Below are positions 50,438-59,449 of a stretch of DNA of 64,000 nucleotides, piece by piece. Position 1 is the stretch's first letter; every line of letters begins with the position of its first letter. The stretch comes from an uncultured Actinomycetota bacterium (lineage in GTDB: Bacteria > Actinomycetota > Actinomycetes > JAFAQI01): positions 288,001 through 352,000 of the forward strand of contig CAVYQE010000002.1 of the NCBI GenBank assembly GCA_963770565.1. Reading direction: 5' to 3'. The notes under the pieces are model-generated. The model searched no databases and had not been told where the DNA came from. It saw nothing but the letters and a program-made list of their open reading frames with translations. Made by a program: the position numbers and the translations under genes.

Positions 50438-50487
50438 CCTGATGCCTCCTCGAAACCCGGATCCCGTCGGCTGCGGCGGGCGTCGTA

Positions 50488-51321
50488 CTAGTCGATCACC
50501 CGGCGTTGGAAGGTCCGCAGCGAGAGCAGGGTCAAGCCGAGTACGCCGAAGACCAACGCGCAGGAGAACCCCCAGATCGGCATGTGCGGAAGACTCGGGG
50601 TGAGGGCCGCGCGCAGGCCCTCGCTCATGTAGACCAGCGGGTTGATCAGGACCGCCCACTTCAGCCACGGGATCGGGCCGAGCGTCGACCACGGGTAGTA
50701 GATGCAACCAAGAAACGTCAGCGGGAGCAACACGACGCTGAAGATGAGCGGCACCTTGCGCGGCTCGAACGTCGTACCGATGAGCAGCCCGAACGCGCTG
50801 CCGAGCAGCGAGGCGAAGACCAACACGAAGATGAACAACGGCACGTTATGGATCGCGACCGACGGCGCCTCGCCCTTCGCGTGCACCAGCAGCACGACCG
50901 GGAAGACGATCCCCGCCGCGAGCATCGACTGGGTCGCGCCGGAGAAGATCTTGGCCAGACCCACGGTCCACACCGGTGCCGGCGCCAGCACCCGGTCCTC
51001 GATCTCCTTCGAGTACGAGAACTCCTGCACCAGCGGAAGCGCAACCGCTTGGATGCCCTGGAAGTTGATCGCGACCGCGATCAACCCGGGCACCAGGATG
51101 GTCGAGAACGATGGCGCACCGGCAGCGTGGTGCATCGGGCCGATGCCCTGGCCGATCTTGGGAAAGACATACGCAAAGACGAAGGTGAACAGCAGCGGCT
51201 GCATCACCACGCGGACGAGAAACTGCCCGATGTCCTTGCGCAGCACCCAGATGTCGCGGGCATAAAGCGCGGCCAGCACGCGCATCGCGCCGGTCGACCC
51301 GCCGGGTTGGGGGCTACTCAC
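50488..51321 (-). CDS. ABC-2 type permease
   Basis: MQPLLFTFVFAYV, EIEDRVLAP, NPLVYMSEGLR. Confidence 0.9.
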   Translation of the reverse strand: MSSPQPGGSTGAMRVLAALYARDIWVLRKDIGQFLVRVVMQPLLFTFVFAYVFPKIGQGIGPMHHAAGAPSFSTILVPGLIAVAINFQGIQAVALPLVQEFSYSKEIEDRVLAPAPVWTVGLAKIFSGATQSMLAAGIVFPVVLLVHAKGEAPSVAIHNVPLFIFVLVFASLLGSAFGLLIGTTFEPRKVPLIFSVVLLPLTFLGCIYYPWSTLGPIPWLKWAVLINPLVYMSEGLRAALTPSLPHMPIWGFSCALVFGVLGLTLLSLRTFQRRVID

Positions 51322-52279
51322 GGTAGGCCCGCCCGGTGAGGGTCAGGAACACGATCTCGAGCGTCGGCGGCGTCACGGTCGCATCGCGGAGCGCAAGGTC
51401 ATGGCGAGCCCCGGTGGTCGCAACCTGGCCGACGATGCCGGACGCGTCATGAGTGAAGACCCGCGCCACCGGACCCTCGATCTCGACCCGCGACACTCCG
51501 GCGATTGCCTCGACGTCGGACTTGATCGCGGCCGCATCCAGGTCGAACGTCACGGTCACCAAGCTCTCCGCATCGAGGCCCGCCTTCAGTTCCGCCGGCG
51601 ATCCGAGCGCGAGCAACTTGCCGTTGTCGATGATCGCGATCCGCTGGCACAACGTGTCGGCTTCTTCCATGTAGTGCGTGGTCAGCAGGATCGTCTGGCC
51701 GGCTGCATGCAGGTCTTGCAGGATCTCCCACAGGTTGATCCGGGTCTGCGGGTCGATCCCACTGGTCGGCTCGTCGAGGATGAGCACATCGGGCTCATGC
51801 AGGAGTGCGCGCGCGAACATCAAGCGTTGCGCCATCCCGCCCGAGAGCGTCAGCACCTGCGAGTCGGCGCGATCGGTGAGCTGGAACCGCTCGAGCAGCT
51901 CCCCCGCGCGCCGGCGTGACTCGCGGCCACTCAACCCGAAGTAGCGACCGTGGAAAACCAGGTTGTCCCGCACCGACAGCGCCCGGTCGAGGGTGTTGGT
52001 TTGCGGCACCACACCGATCTGCTGCTTGACCGCCGCCGGGTTCTTGGTGACGTCGATGCCGGCGACCTCGGCCGTCCCGCCGGTCGGCCGGACCCGCGTG
52101 GTCAGCATGCCGATCGTGGTCGACTTGCCTGCACCATTTGGCCCGAGCAACCCGAAGAACTCCCCCGAGGTGATCTCGAGGTCGATTCCGTCGACTGCCA
52201 CGATCGGGCCGTGCGGGCCGTCGTACACCTTGCGAAGGCCGCGCACCCGGATCGGCGCCGTGCCCGCGGCGGCCGCCAT
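51314..52279 (-). CDS. ABC transporter ATP-binding protein (DrrA-like)
   Basis: GPNGAGKST, LSGGMAQR, LDEPTSG, TTHYMEEA. Confidence 0.93.
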   Translation of the reverse strand: MAAAAGTAPIRVRGLRKVYDGPHGPIVAVDGIDLEITSGEFFGLLGPNGAGKSTTIGMLTTRVRPTGGTAEVAGIDVTKNPAAVKQQIGVVPQTNTLDRALSVRDNLVFHGRYFGLSGRESRRRAGELLERFQLTDRADSQVLTLSGGMAQRLMFARALLHEPDVLILDEPTSGIDPQTRINLWEILQDLHAAGQTILLTTHYMEEADTLCQRIAIIDNGKLLALGSPAELKAGLDAESLVTVTFDLDAAAIKSDVEAIAGVSRVEIEGPVARVFTHDASGIVGQVATTGARHDLALRDATVTPPTLEIVFLTLTGRAYRE

Positions 52280-53409
52280 CAACCGAGCGCCTGCCGCAGG
52301 TCGGCGAGCAGGTCGTGCGCGGTCTCGATGCCGACCGACAGGCGGACGAGGTCGCTCGGCACCTCGAGCGCAGACCCCGCGACGCTCGAGTGGGTCATCC
52401 GGCCCGGATGCTCGATCAGCGACTCGACCCCGCCGAGTGACTCGGCGAGGGTGAACACGCGGGTCCTGGCACAGATCTCGAGCGCGTGCGCCTCGCCGCC
52501 GGCCACGCGGAACGACACCATGCCGCCGAACCGGGACATCTGCTTGGCGGCGACCTCGTCGCCGTCCGGGTAGTGCACCTGCGTGACCGCGTCGTGCTCG
52601 CGCAGCATCGCCACCACCCGCTCGGCGTTGTCGCAATGGCGATCCATCCGTACGCCGAGGGTCTTGAGGCCACGCAACACCAGCCAGGCGTCGAACGCGC
52701 CGGCCACGCTCCCTATCGCGTTGTGATGGAACGCGATCCGCTCGGCCAGCTCCTGGTCGGAGACGACGAGAGCGCCGCCGACCACATCGCTGTGGCCGCC
52801 GAGGTATTTCGTCGTCGAGTGCATGACGATGTCCGCGCCGAGCCCGATCGGCCGTTGCAGGTACGGCGACGCAAACGTGTTGTCGACGCCGAGCAGCGCG
52901 CCGGCCTCGTGCGCGATCGCTGCGACCGCACCGATATCGACGATCGCCAGCAACGGGTTGGTCGGTGTCTCACACCAGATCAACTTGGTCTCGTCGCGCA
53001 CCGCTGCGCGCACCGCCGCGAGGTCGGTTTGGTCGACCGCGGTGTAGTGCAGGCCCCAGCGCTCGAGCACCTTGTCGAACAACCGGAAGGTTCCGCCGTA
53101 CGCATCTCCGGGGATGACGACGTGGTCGCCCGGAGCGCACAAGGTCCGGAGCAAGGTGTCCTCGGCGGCCAGCCCGCTGGCGAACGCGAACCCGCGTACG
53201 CCGCCTTCGAGCGCGGCGAGGCAGGTCTCGAGCGCGGTCCGGGTCGGGTTGGCGCTTCGGCTGTATTCGTAGCCGCCGCGCAGCCCGCCGACACCGTCCT
53301 GGGCATAGGTGGAGGTGAGGTAGACCGGGGTGATGACCGCGCCGGTCGTCGGGTCGGGTTCCTGACCGGCGTGGATCGCCAGCGTCTCGAAGCCCGGCTG
53401 CTCACCCAC
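52279..53409 (-). CDS. metB: Cystathionine gamma-synthase/lyase
   Basis: YEYSRSANPTR, ETPTNP, DNTFASP, HSTTKYLGGHSD, AESLGGVESL. Confidence 0.93.
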   Translation of the reverse strand: MGEQPGFETLAIHAGQEPDPTTGAVITPVYLTSTYAQDGVGGLRGGYEYSRSANPTRTALETCLAALEGGVRGFAFASGLAAEDTLLRTLCAPGDHVVIPGDAYGGTFRLFDKVLERWGLHYTAVDQTDLAAVRAAVRDETKLIWCETPTNPLLAIVDIGAVAAIAHEAGALLGVDNTFASPYLQRPIGLGADIVMHSTTKYLGGHSDVVGGALVVSDQELAERIAFHHNAIGSVAGAFDAWLVLRGLKTLGVRMDRHCDNAERVVAMLREHDAVTQVHYPDGDEVAAKQMSRFGGMVSFRVAGGEAHALEICARTRVFTLAESLGGVESLIEHPGRMTHSSVAGSALEVPSDLVRLSVGIETAHDLLADLRQALG

Positions 53410-53454
53410 GCCGGCCAGCCTATTGCCGCGTCCCCGCCGATCCCCCGCCATCGA

Positions 53455-53539
53455 CCAAGCAATGTCACATTGCCCAGCCCTTTCCTGGGGGACTGTCACA
53501 TTGCCCCCACGAAGTGTGGGGCAATGTGACATTGCTTGG
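53455..53539. repeat. REP/MITE-like triple-palindrome repeat, family A copy 2
   Basis: CCAAGCAATGTCACATTGCCC ... GGGCAATGTGACATTGCTTGG. Confidence 0.88.
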
Positions 53540-53545
53540 AATGGG

Positions 53546-54916
53546 CTAGCCGGCCGCGAGGAAGCCGAGCAGGTCCTGCCGCGTGACGATCCCGACCGGG
53601 CGGCCGTCGTCGAGGACGAGGGCGGCGTCGGCGTGGTGCAACGCGGCCATCGCCGCCTCGACCGGCTCGCCGGCGCCGATCATCGGCAGCGGGTCGGACA
53701 TGTGCCGCTCGAGCGGGTCGGCCAGCCTGGCCCGGCCGCTGAACAACGCATCGAGCAGGTCTCGCTCGACCACCGACCCCATTACCTCGGCTGCCATCAC
53801 CGGCGGCTCGGTCTGCACGACCGGCATCTGCGACACGGCGTACTCCCGCAGGATGTCGATCGCTTCGCGAACTGTCTCGTTCGGATGGACGTGGACGAAC
53901 TCCGGCATCTGCAGGCCCTTGCGGGTCAGCACCTCCGCGACCGTCGCGGTTCGGTCGCCGACCGCGAGGAAGCCGTAGTCGGCCATCCAGTCGTCATTGA
54001 AAATCTTCGACAGGTAGCCGCGGCCGCCGTCCGGCAACAGCACGACGACGATGTCGTCGGCGGTCAGCCGCGACGCAACCTCGAGCGCGGCGACCACCGC
54101 CATGCCGCAGGATCCGCCGACGAGCAGCCCCTCCTCCCGCGCCAGCCGCCGGGTCATGACGAAGGAGTCGGCGTCCGAGACCGCGATGATCTCGTCGCAG
54201 ACCTCGCGGTCGTAGTTGGCCGGCCAGAAGTCCTCGCCGACGCCTTCGACGAGATAAGGCCGGCCGGTCCCGCCCGAATAAACCGAGCCCTCCGGGTCCG
54301 CACCGATCACCTGCACCCGGCCCTCGGACTCCGCCTTCAAGAACCGGCCGGTGCCGCTGATCGTGCCGCCGGTGCCGACGCCGGCCACGAAGTGGGTGAT
54401 CTGCCCGTCGGTCTGCTGCCAGAGCTCAGGCCCGGTGGTCTCGTAGTGCGACCGGGGGTTGGCCGGGTTGGAGTACTGGTCGGGCTTCCAGCCGCCGGGG
54501 CGCTCGCGGGCCAGCCGGTCGGACACGCTGTAGTAGGAATCCGGGTGGTCGGGCGGCACCGCGGTGGGGCACACCACGACCTCTGCGCCGTACGCCTTGA
54601 GCACGTTGATCTTGTCGGCCGACACCTTGTCCGGGCAGACGAAGACGCAGGAATAGCCGCGCTGCTGCGCCACCAGGGCCAGGCCGATCCCGGTGTTGCC
54701 ACTGGTCGGCTCGACGATCGTGCCGCCCGGCTTCAGCGCGCCCGAGCGTTCCGCGTCGTCGATCATCCGCAACGCGATCCGATCCTTGACCGACCCGCCC
54801 GGATTCAGGTATTCGACCTTCGCCAGCACGGTGGCCGCGACCCCTTTGGTCACCGAGCGAAGCCGGACAAGCGGGGTGTGCCCGATCAGGTCAACTACTG
54901 AGTCGTAGACCTCCAC
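53546..54916 (-). CDS. cbs: Cystathionine beta-synthase with C-terminal CBS domains
   Basis: KVEYLNPGGSVKDR, EPTSGNTG, GVGTGGT, PDGGRGYLSK. Confidence 0.95.
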   Translation of the reverse strand: MEVYDSVVDLIGHTPLVRLRSVTKGVAATVLAKVEYLNPGGSVKDRIALRMIDDAERSGALKPGGTIVEPTSGNTGIGLALVAQQRGYSCVFVCPDKVSADKINVLKAYGAEVVVCPTAVPPDHPDSYYSVSDRLARERPGGWKPDQYSNPANPRSHYETTGPELWQQTDGQITHFVAGVGTGGTISGTGRFLKAESEGRVQVIGADPEGSVYSGGTGRPYLVEGVGEDFWPANYDREVCDEIIAVSDADSFVMTRRLAREEGLLVGGSCGMAVVAALEVASRLTADDIVVVLLPDGGRGYLSKIFNDDWMADYGFLAVGDRTATVAEVLTRKGLQMPEFVHVHPNETVREAIDILREYAVSQMPVVQTEPPVMAAEVMGSVVERDLLDALFSGRARLADPLERHMSDPLPMIGAGEPVEAAMAALHHADAALVLDDGRPVGIVTRQDLLGFLAAG

Positions 54917-54962
54917 GTGGGGGAACGTACCCTGAGAGGCACCGCCACTGTGAGGAGTCACC

Positions 54963-56186
54963 ATGTCCGAGGCCGTCATCGTCGCGACCGCACGCTCCCC
55001 GATCGGTCGGGCGTTCAAGGGCTCGATGGTCGACTTCCGGCCCGACGACCTCGCCGCCACGATCATCCGCACCGCACTGGACAAGGTGCCGCAACTCGAC
55101 CCGCACACCGTCAACGACCTGATCGTCGGATGCGGCCTGCCCGGGGGCGAGCAGGGGTTCAACCTCGGCCGGGTGCTCGCCGTCAAGCTCGGTCTGGACG
55201 ACGTACCGGGTACGACGATCACCCGCTACTGCTCGTCGAGCCTGCAGTCCACCCGGATGGCCTTCCATGCCATCAAGGCCAGTGAAGGAGACGTCTTCAT
55301 CAGCGCGGGGGTCGAGATGGTCAGCCGCTTCATCAAGGGCAGCAGCGACTCGCTGCCGGACACCCAGGACCCGACCTTCGCCGAGGCCCAGGCCCGCTCG
55401 GCCAAGGCCGCCGAGGGCAACTTCCACTGGTCCGACCCGCGCGACTCCGGTGACATCCCCGACGTCTACATCGCGATGGGCCAGACCGCCGAGAACGTCG
55501 CCGAGATCAAGGGCGTCACCCGCGCCGAGCAGGACGAGTTCGGCGTCCGCTCGCAGAACCTGGCCGAGAAGGCGATCGCGAACGGCTTCTGGGAGCGCGA
55601 GATCACCGCAGTCACCTCGCCAGCCGGTGCGGTGGTCGAGAAGGACGACGGACCGCGGCCGGGGGTGACCCTCGAGGGCGTGTCCGGGCTCAAGCCGGTC
55701 TTCCGGCCGGACGGCACGGTCACCGCCGGCAACTGCTGCCCGCTCAACGACGGCGCCGCCGCGGTCATCGTCATGAGCGCCGAGAAGGCCGCCGAGCTGG
55801 GCATCACGCCGCTGGCCCGGATCGTGTCAACCGGCCTGTCCGGGTTGAGCCCCGAGATCATGGGCCTCGGCCCGATCGAGGCCACCCGTCGCGCCCTGGC
55901 CTACGCCGGCAAGACGATCGACGACATCGACCTGATCGAGATCAACGAGGCGTTCGCCGCCCAGGTGATCCCCTCCGCCCGTGGCATCGGGATCGACCCG
56001 TTCGGCGACAAGCTCAACGTCAACGGCGGCGCGATCGCGGTCGGCCACCCGTTCGGGATGACCGGCGCCCGGATCACCACGACGCTGATCAACTCGCTGC
56101 AGACCCACGACAAGACCTTCGGCCTCGAGACGATGTGCGTCGGCGGCGGCCAGGGCATGGCGATGGTGCTGGAGCGGTTGAGCTGA
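54963..56186 (+). CDS. Acetyl-CoA C-acetyltransferase (thiolase)
   Basis: RYCSSSLQ, NEAFAAQV, GHPFGMTG, MCVGGGQG. Confidence 0.95.
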   Translation: MSEAVIVATARSPIGRAFKGSMVDFRPDDLAATIIRTALDKVPQLDPHTVNDLIVGCGLPGGEQGFNLGRVLAVKLGLDDVPGTTITRYCSSSLQSTRMAFHAIKASEGDVFISAGVEMVSRFIKGSSDSLPDTQDPTFAEAQARSAKAAEGNFHWSDPRDSGDIPDVYIAMGQTAENVAEIKGVTRAEQDEFGVRSQNLAEKAIANGFWEREITAVTSPAGAVVEKDDGPRPGVTLEGVSGLKPVFRPDGTVTAGNCCPLNDGAAAVIVMSAEKAAELGITPLARIVSTGLSGLSPEIMGLGPIEATRRALAYAGKTIDDIDLIEINEAFAAQVIPSARGIGIDPFGDKLNVNGGAIAVGHPFGMTGARITTTLINSLQTHDKTFGLETMCVGGGQGMAMVLERLS

Positions 56187-56209
56187 CCGGCTCGCCCGCT
56201 GCCCGCTAG

Positions 56210-56542
56210 CTAGCGGGTCTGCTCGAGCGCCTCGCGGATCGCCTCGACCACGGCGGTCAGCAGGTCGTCGTCGGGAGTGGCGCTCAGGGCGGCCAGGGCG
56301 TCGCCGCCAACCACCGCCACCGCGTCGGCAAGCGCATGCATCGCGATCGGCGGCACCGGTGGGACCGGGCGCCCCTCGGCCAGCCCGGAGAGCTCGGCGA
56401 GGCGGTCCACGGCGGCCACCGCGGCCTTGCGCCGAGACCGCCAGGCCGGCGGGGACAACGACCGGAGCCGCAGCACCAGCCGGGCCAGCTCCCCACGGGC
56501 CAGCACCAGCCGATGCTCGTAGTCGGGATCCCCACCCCTCAT
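56210..56542 (-). CDS. Hypothetical protein
   Basis: High-GC codon pattern; ELARLVLRLRSLSPPAW...PVPPVP...ALADAVAVVG. Confidence 0.55.
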   Translation of the reverse strand: MRGGDPDYEHRLVLARGELARLVLRLRSLSPPAWRSRRKAAVAAVDRLAELSGLAEGRPVPPVPPIAMHALADAVAVVGGDALAALSATPDDDLLTAVVEAIREALEQTR

Positions 56543-56639
56543 CCGGCGAAGGCTAGCGAGAACTAGGCGCCGAAGGCTTGTCCACGGCCCGCGACTGCGG
56601 GAGACTGTCGGTACCGCTATCGCCAGCCAGGAGGCGCAC

Positions 56640-56867
56640 ATGTCGTTGCCCCAGTCCGAGGACACCCACCAGTCACTTCTGGCGAGAATCCCTCTGACTA
56701 CGGGCCGCGATGTCCCGGCCTGGCTGGGCTGCCTTGACGAAGGCCCCACCCTGCTGCGCTTCGACGAGCGGGTGACGTGGCTGCGCGACGAGCACAGCCT
56801 GCCGCACGGCTATGCCCGGGCGATCGTGCACGAGCACGACCGGCGCCGCGCGGCCAACCGGGCCTAG
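56640..56867 (+). CDS. DUF4287-family protein
   Basis: AGGAGG RBS; RIPLTTGR..W, WLRDEHSLPHGYARAIVHE. Confidence 0.85.
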   Translation: MSLPQSEDTHQSLLARIPLTTGRDVPAWLGCLDEGPTLLRFDERVTWLRDEHSLPHGYARAIVHEHDRRRAANRA

Positions 56868-56875
56868 CCCCGGCA

Positions 56876-57286
56876 GTGGACCTCGACGTCGCGCGAGGGT
56901 TCCTCCGCGCCAACCATCGCGCCGTACTCGCCACGCTTCGCCGGGACGGCGCGCCTCAGCTGTCGCCGATCACCGCCGGGATCGACGCCGACGGCTACGT
57001 GATCGTGTCCACCCGCGAGACAGCGGCCAAGACCAAGAACGTACGGCGTGACCCGCGGGCCTGGCTCTGCGTACTCACCGACGGGTTCTTCGGCGAGTTC
57101 GTCCAGATCGAGGGCACCGTCACGGTGGTCTCGCTCCCAGAGGCGATGGATGCGCTGGTCGACTACTACCGGTCGATCTCCGGCGAGCACCCCGACTGGG
57201 ACGACTACCGGGCCGCGATGGTGCGCGACCAGCGGGTGGTCCTCAAGATCGAGCTGACCCGAGCCGGACCGGACTTCTCCGGCTGA
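56876..57286 (+). CDS. PPOX-class F420-dependent oxidoreductase
   Basis: VLATLRRDGAPQLSPI, AKTKNVRRDPR, GEHPDWDDYRAAM. Confidence 0.9.
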   Translation: MDLDVARGFLRANHRAVLATLRRDGAPQLSPITAGIDADGYVIVSTRETAAKTKNVRRDPRAWLCVLTDGFFGEFVQIEGTVTVVSLPEAMDALVDYYRSISGEHPDWDDYRAAMVRDQRVVLKIELTRAGPDFSG

Positions 57287-57287
57287 T

Positions 57288-57374
57288 CCCAAGCAATGTC
57301 ACATTGCCCCGCCCTTTGGCGGGGTGATGTCACAGTGCCCCCGGCTTTGCCGGGGCAATGTGACATTGCTTGGG
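57288..57374. repeat. REP/MITE-like triple-palindrome repeat, family A copy 3
   Basis: CCCAAGCAATGTCACATTGCCCCG ... CGGGGCAATGTGACATTGCTTGGG, between convergent genes. Confidence 0.88.
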
Positions 57375-57396
57375 GTGACCCGGGCGCGGGCCTCGG

Positions 57397-57873
57397 CTAC
57401 GCGTAGATCAGCCGGGTTAGCCAGTCCGCGACAAGTGCCGGCTTCGACTCACCCTCGATCTCGACCGTCATCGTCCGGGTGGTCTGGATGGTGGCCGGGT
57501 CCTTCAGCTCGGCCGCGGCGAGCACGCTCAAGCACCTGATCCGGGAGTCGACCTTGACCGGCGAGATGAAGCGCACCTTTTCGAAGCCGTAGTTCACTCC
57601 CATCACCAGGCCGTCCAGCCGCTCCGGCGGCTGCGGGATCGACGCCGAGAGCTTCACCAGCAGCGACAGGGTGAGGAAGCCGTGCGCGACCGTGACCCCC
57701 CACGGCGAGAGCTCGGCGGCGAGCTTGGGGTCGACGTGGATGAACTGATGGTCCTCGGTGACGTCGGCGAACGCATTGATCCGCTCCTGGGTCACCTCGA
57801 GCCAGTCGCCGGTCCCCTCTGGCTGGCCGATAGCGGCCTTGAACAACTCGTAGGCGTCTTCGGCCTTGGTCAT
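57397..57873 (-). CDS. MaoC-family dehydratase
   Basis: FADVTEDHQFIHVDP, VAHGFLTLSL, NYGFEKVRF. Confidence 0.92.
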   Translation of the reverse strand: MTKAEDAYELFKAAIGQPEGTGDWLEVTQERINAFADVTEDHQFIHVDPKLAAELSPWGVTVAHGFLTLSLLVKLSASIPQPPERLDGLVMGVNYGFEKVRFISPVKVDSRIRCLSVLAAAELKDPATIQTTRTMTVEIEGESKPALVADWLTRLIYA

Positions 57874-57921
57874 CTGCGTGTCCTTCCGATGTCGAGGCCC
57901 GGCGGTTGACCGGCGGTTGCG

Positions 57922-58005
57922 TGCCCGGGGTGGGGTTCGAACCCACAAACCCTTGCGGGCCAGGGCTTTTAAGGCCCCTGCGTCAGCCAGTTGCGCCACC
58001 CGGGC
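57922..58005 (-). tRNA. tRNA-Leu (anticodon TAA; bldA-type)
   Basis: GCCCGGG acceptor stem, anticodon loop CTTAAAA, long variable arm, GTTCGAA T-loop; CCA not encoded. Confidence 0.93.
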
Positions 58006-58042
58006 GGCACCCGAGACGCTACAAGCAACCGGCCGCGGCCGA

Positions 58043-59356
58043 CTACTGTTCGGCGGCGCTGGCGAACTCGCGCTTGGGCTCCGCGAACGTGCCCAACGAC
58101 ACGATCTCGCGCCGGAAGAACAACGCCAGCGTCCAGTCGGCGACGACCCGAACCTTACGGTTGAGCGTCGGCATCCGGGACACGTGGTAGGTGCGGTGCA
58201 TGAACCAGGCCGGGAACCCTTTGACCTTGATGCCGTAGACCTCCGCCACGCCGCGGTGCAGGCCGAGGCTCGCGACCGAGCCGGCGTAGGCATGGCGGTA
58301 GTCCCGAAGCGGTTTGCCCCGCAACGACGCCACCAGGTTGTCGCCCAGCTGCTTCGCCTGCCGGACCGCGTGTTGCGCAGTCGGCCCGCAGAGTGCATTC
58401 GGGTCGTCCTTGGTGAGATCCGGTACGGCGGCGCTGTCGCCGGCCGACCAGGCGCCCTCGACCCCTTCGACCCGGAGGTCGGGGCGGCACTTCAGTCGCT
58501 TGGCGCTGTCGAGCGGCAGGTCGGTCCGCTCCAACATCGGGTTGGCCCGGACGCCGGCCGTCCACACGATCGTGTCGCTCTCGAGCGTCGAACCATCGGT
58601 GAGCACCACCCGGCCGCCGATCATCGACTCGACCTTGGTGTTGCGGCGTACCTCGATGCCACGCTTCTCGAGCTGACGGACGGTGTATTCGGCCATGTCC
58701 GGGCTGACCTCGGGCAGGATCCGCCCGGTGGCCTCGACCATCACCCAGGTCATGTCCGGCTCGGTCAGGCCGGGATAGAACCGCAGCGCGTCGCGGGCCA
58801 TGTCCTCGAGCTCGGCGATCGCCTCGATGCCGGCGTAGCCGCCACCGATGAAGACGAAGGTCAGGGCCCGTCTGCGCAGCGCCGCGTCCTCCGTCGACAC
58901 GGCGAGGTCGAGGCGGGACAGCACCTGGTTGCGCAGGTAGATCGCCTCCGCGACGGTGTGGAAGCCGATGCCGTTCTCGGCCAGACCGGGAATCGGAAGC
59001 GTCCGCGCGATCGACCCGGGTGCCAGCACAAGCACGTCATAGGACAGGTCCCGGCCGGCCCCCTCGACCGGCTCGAACCGGGCCGTACGCCGTTCGTGAC
59101 TGAGCGAAGCGATCCGGCCATTGAGGATCTCGCAGCGGGTGAGGACCTTGCGCAGCGGCACGACCAGATGGCGCGGCTCCAAGTTGCCCGCGGCCGATTC
59201 CGGGAGGAACGGCTGGTAGGTCATGTACGACTGCGGGTCGACGATCGTGATCGTGGCCTCACCGCGCCGCAGCCGGCGTTGCAGCCGCAGCGCGGTGTAC
59301 ATGCCCACATAGCCGCCCCCGACGATCAGGATGCGTGGCGGCGACGGATTAGTCAT
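58043..59356 (-). CDS. ndh: Type II NADH dehydrogenase-like FAD oxidoreductase
   Basis: IVGGGYVG, YQPFLPE, IGGGYAGIEAIAEL, WTAGV, AGDSAAVP, PTAQHAVRQ. Confidence 0.88.
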   Translation of the reverse strand: MTNPSPPRILIVGGGYVGMYTALRLQRRLRRGEATITIVDPQSYMTYQPFLPESAAGNLEPRHLVVPLRKVLTRCEILNGRIASLSHERRTARFEPVEGAGRDLSYDVLVLAPGSIARTLPIPGLAENGIGFHTVAEAIYLRNQVLSRLDLAVSTEDAALRRRALTFVFIGGGYAGIEAIAELEDMARDALRFYPGLTEPDMTWVMVEATGRILPEVSPDMAEYTVRQLEKRGIEVRRNTKVESMIGGRVVLTDGSTLESDTIVWTAGVRANPMLERTDLPLDSAKRLKCRPDLRVEGVEGAWSAGDSAAVPDLTKDDPNALCGPTAQHAVRQAKQLGDNLVASLRGKPLRDYRHAYAGSVASLGLHRGVAEVYGIKVKGFPAWFMHRTYHVSRMPTLNRKVRVVADWTLALFFRREIVSLGTFAEPKREFASAAEQ

Positions 59357-59449
59357 GCTCAGTTCATACCCGAACGGTGGATTGCCAATAACGGCGCCCA
59401 GGTGCGTGAAATGGCACAGTAGACAGGTGGATCGTCGACAGGGGTCTCG

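Noticed and set aside
16591-57374. Family A repeats as CRISPR mini-arrays
   Set aside because: Only three ~15-bp units per copy, the last inverted; spacers are short self-complementary hairpins; no cas genes in the window.
57922-58005. tRNA-Leu as an integration site
   Set aside because: No duplicated tRNA 3' end and no integrase seen nearby.
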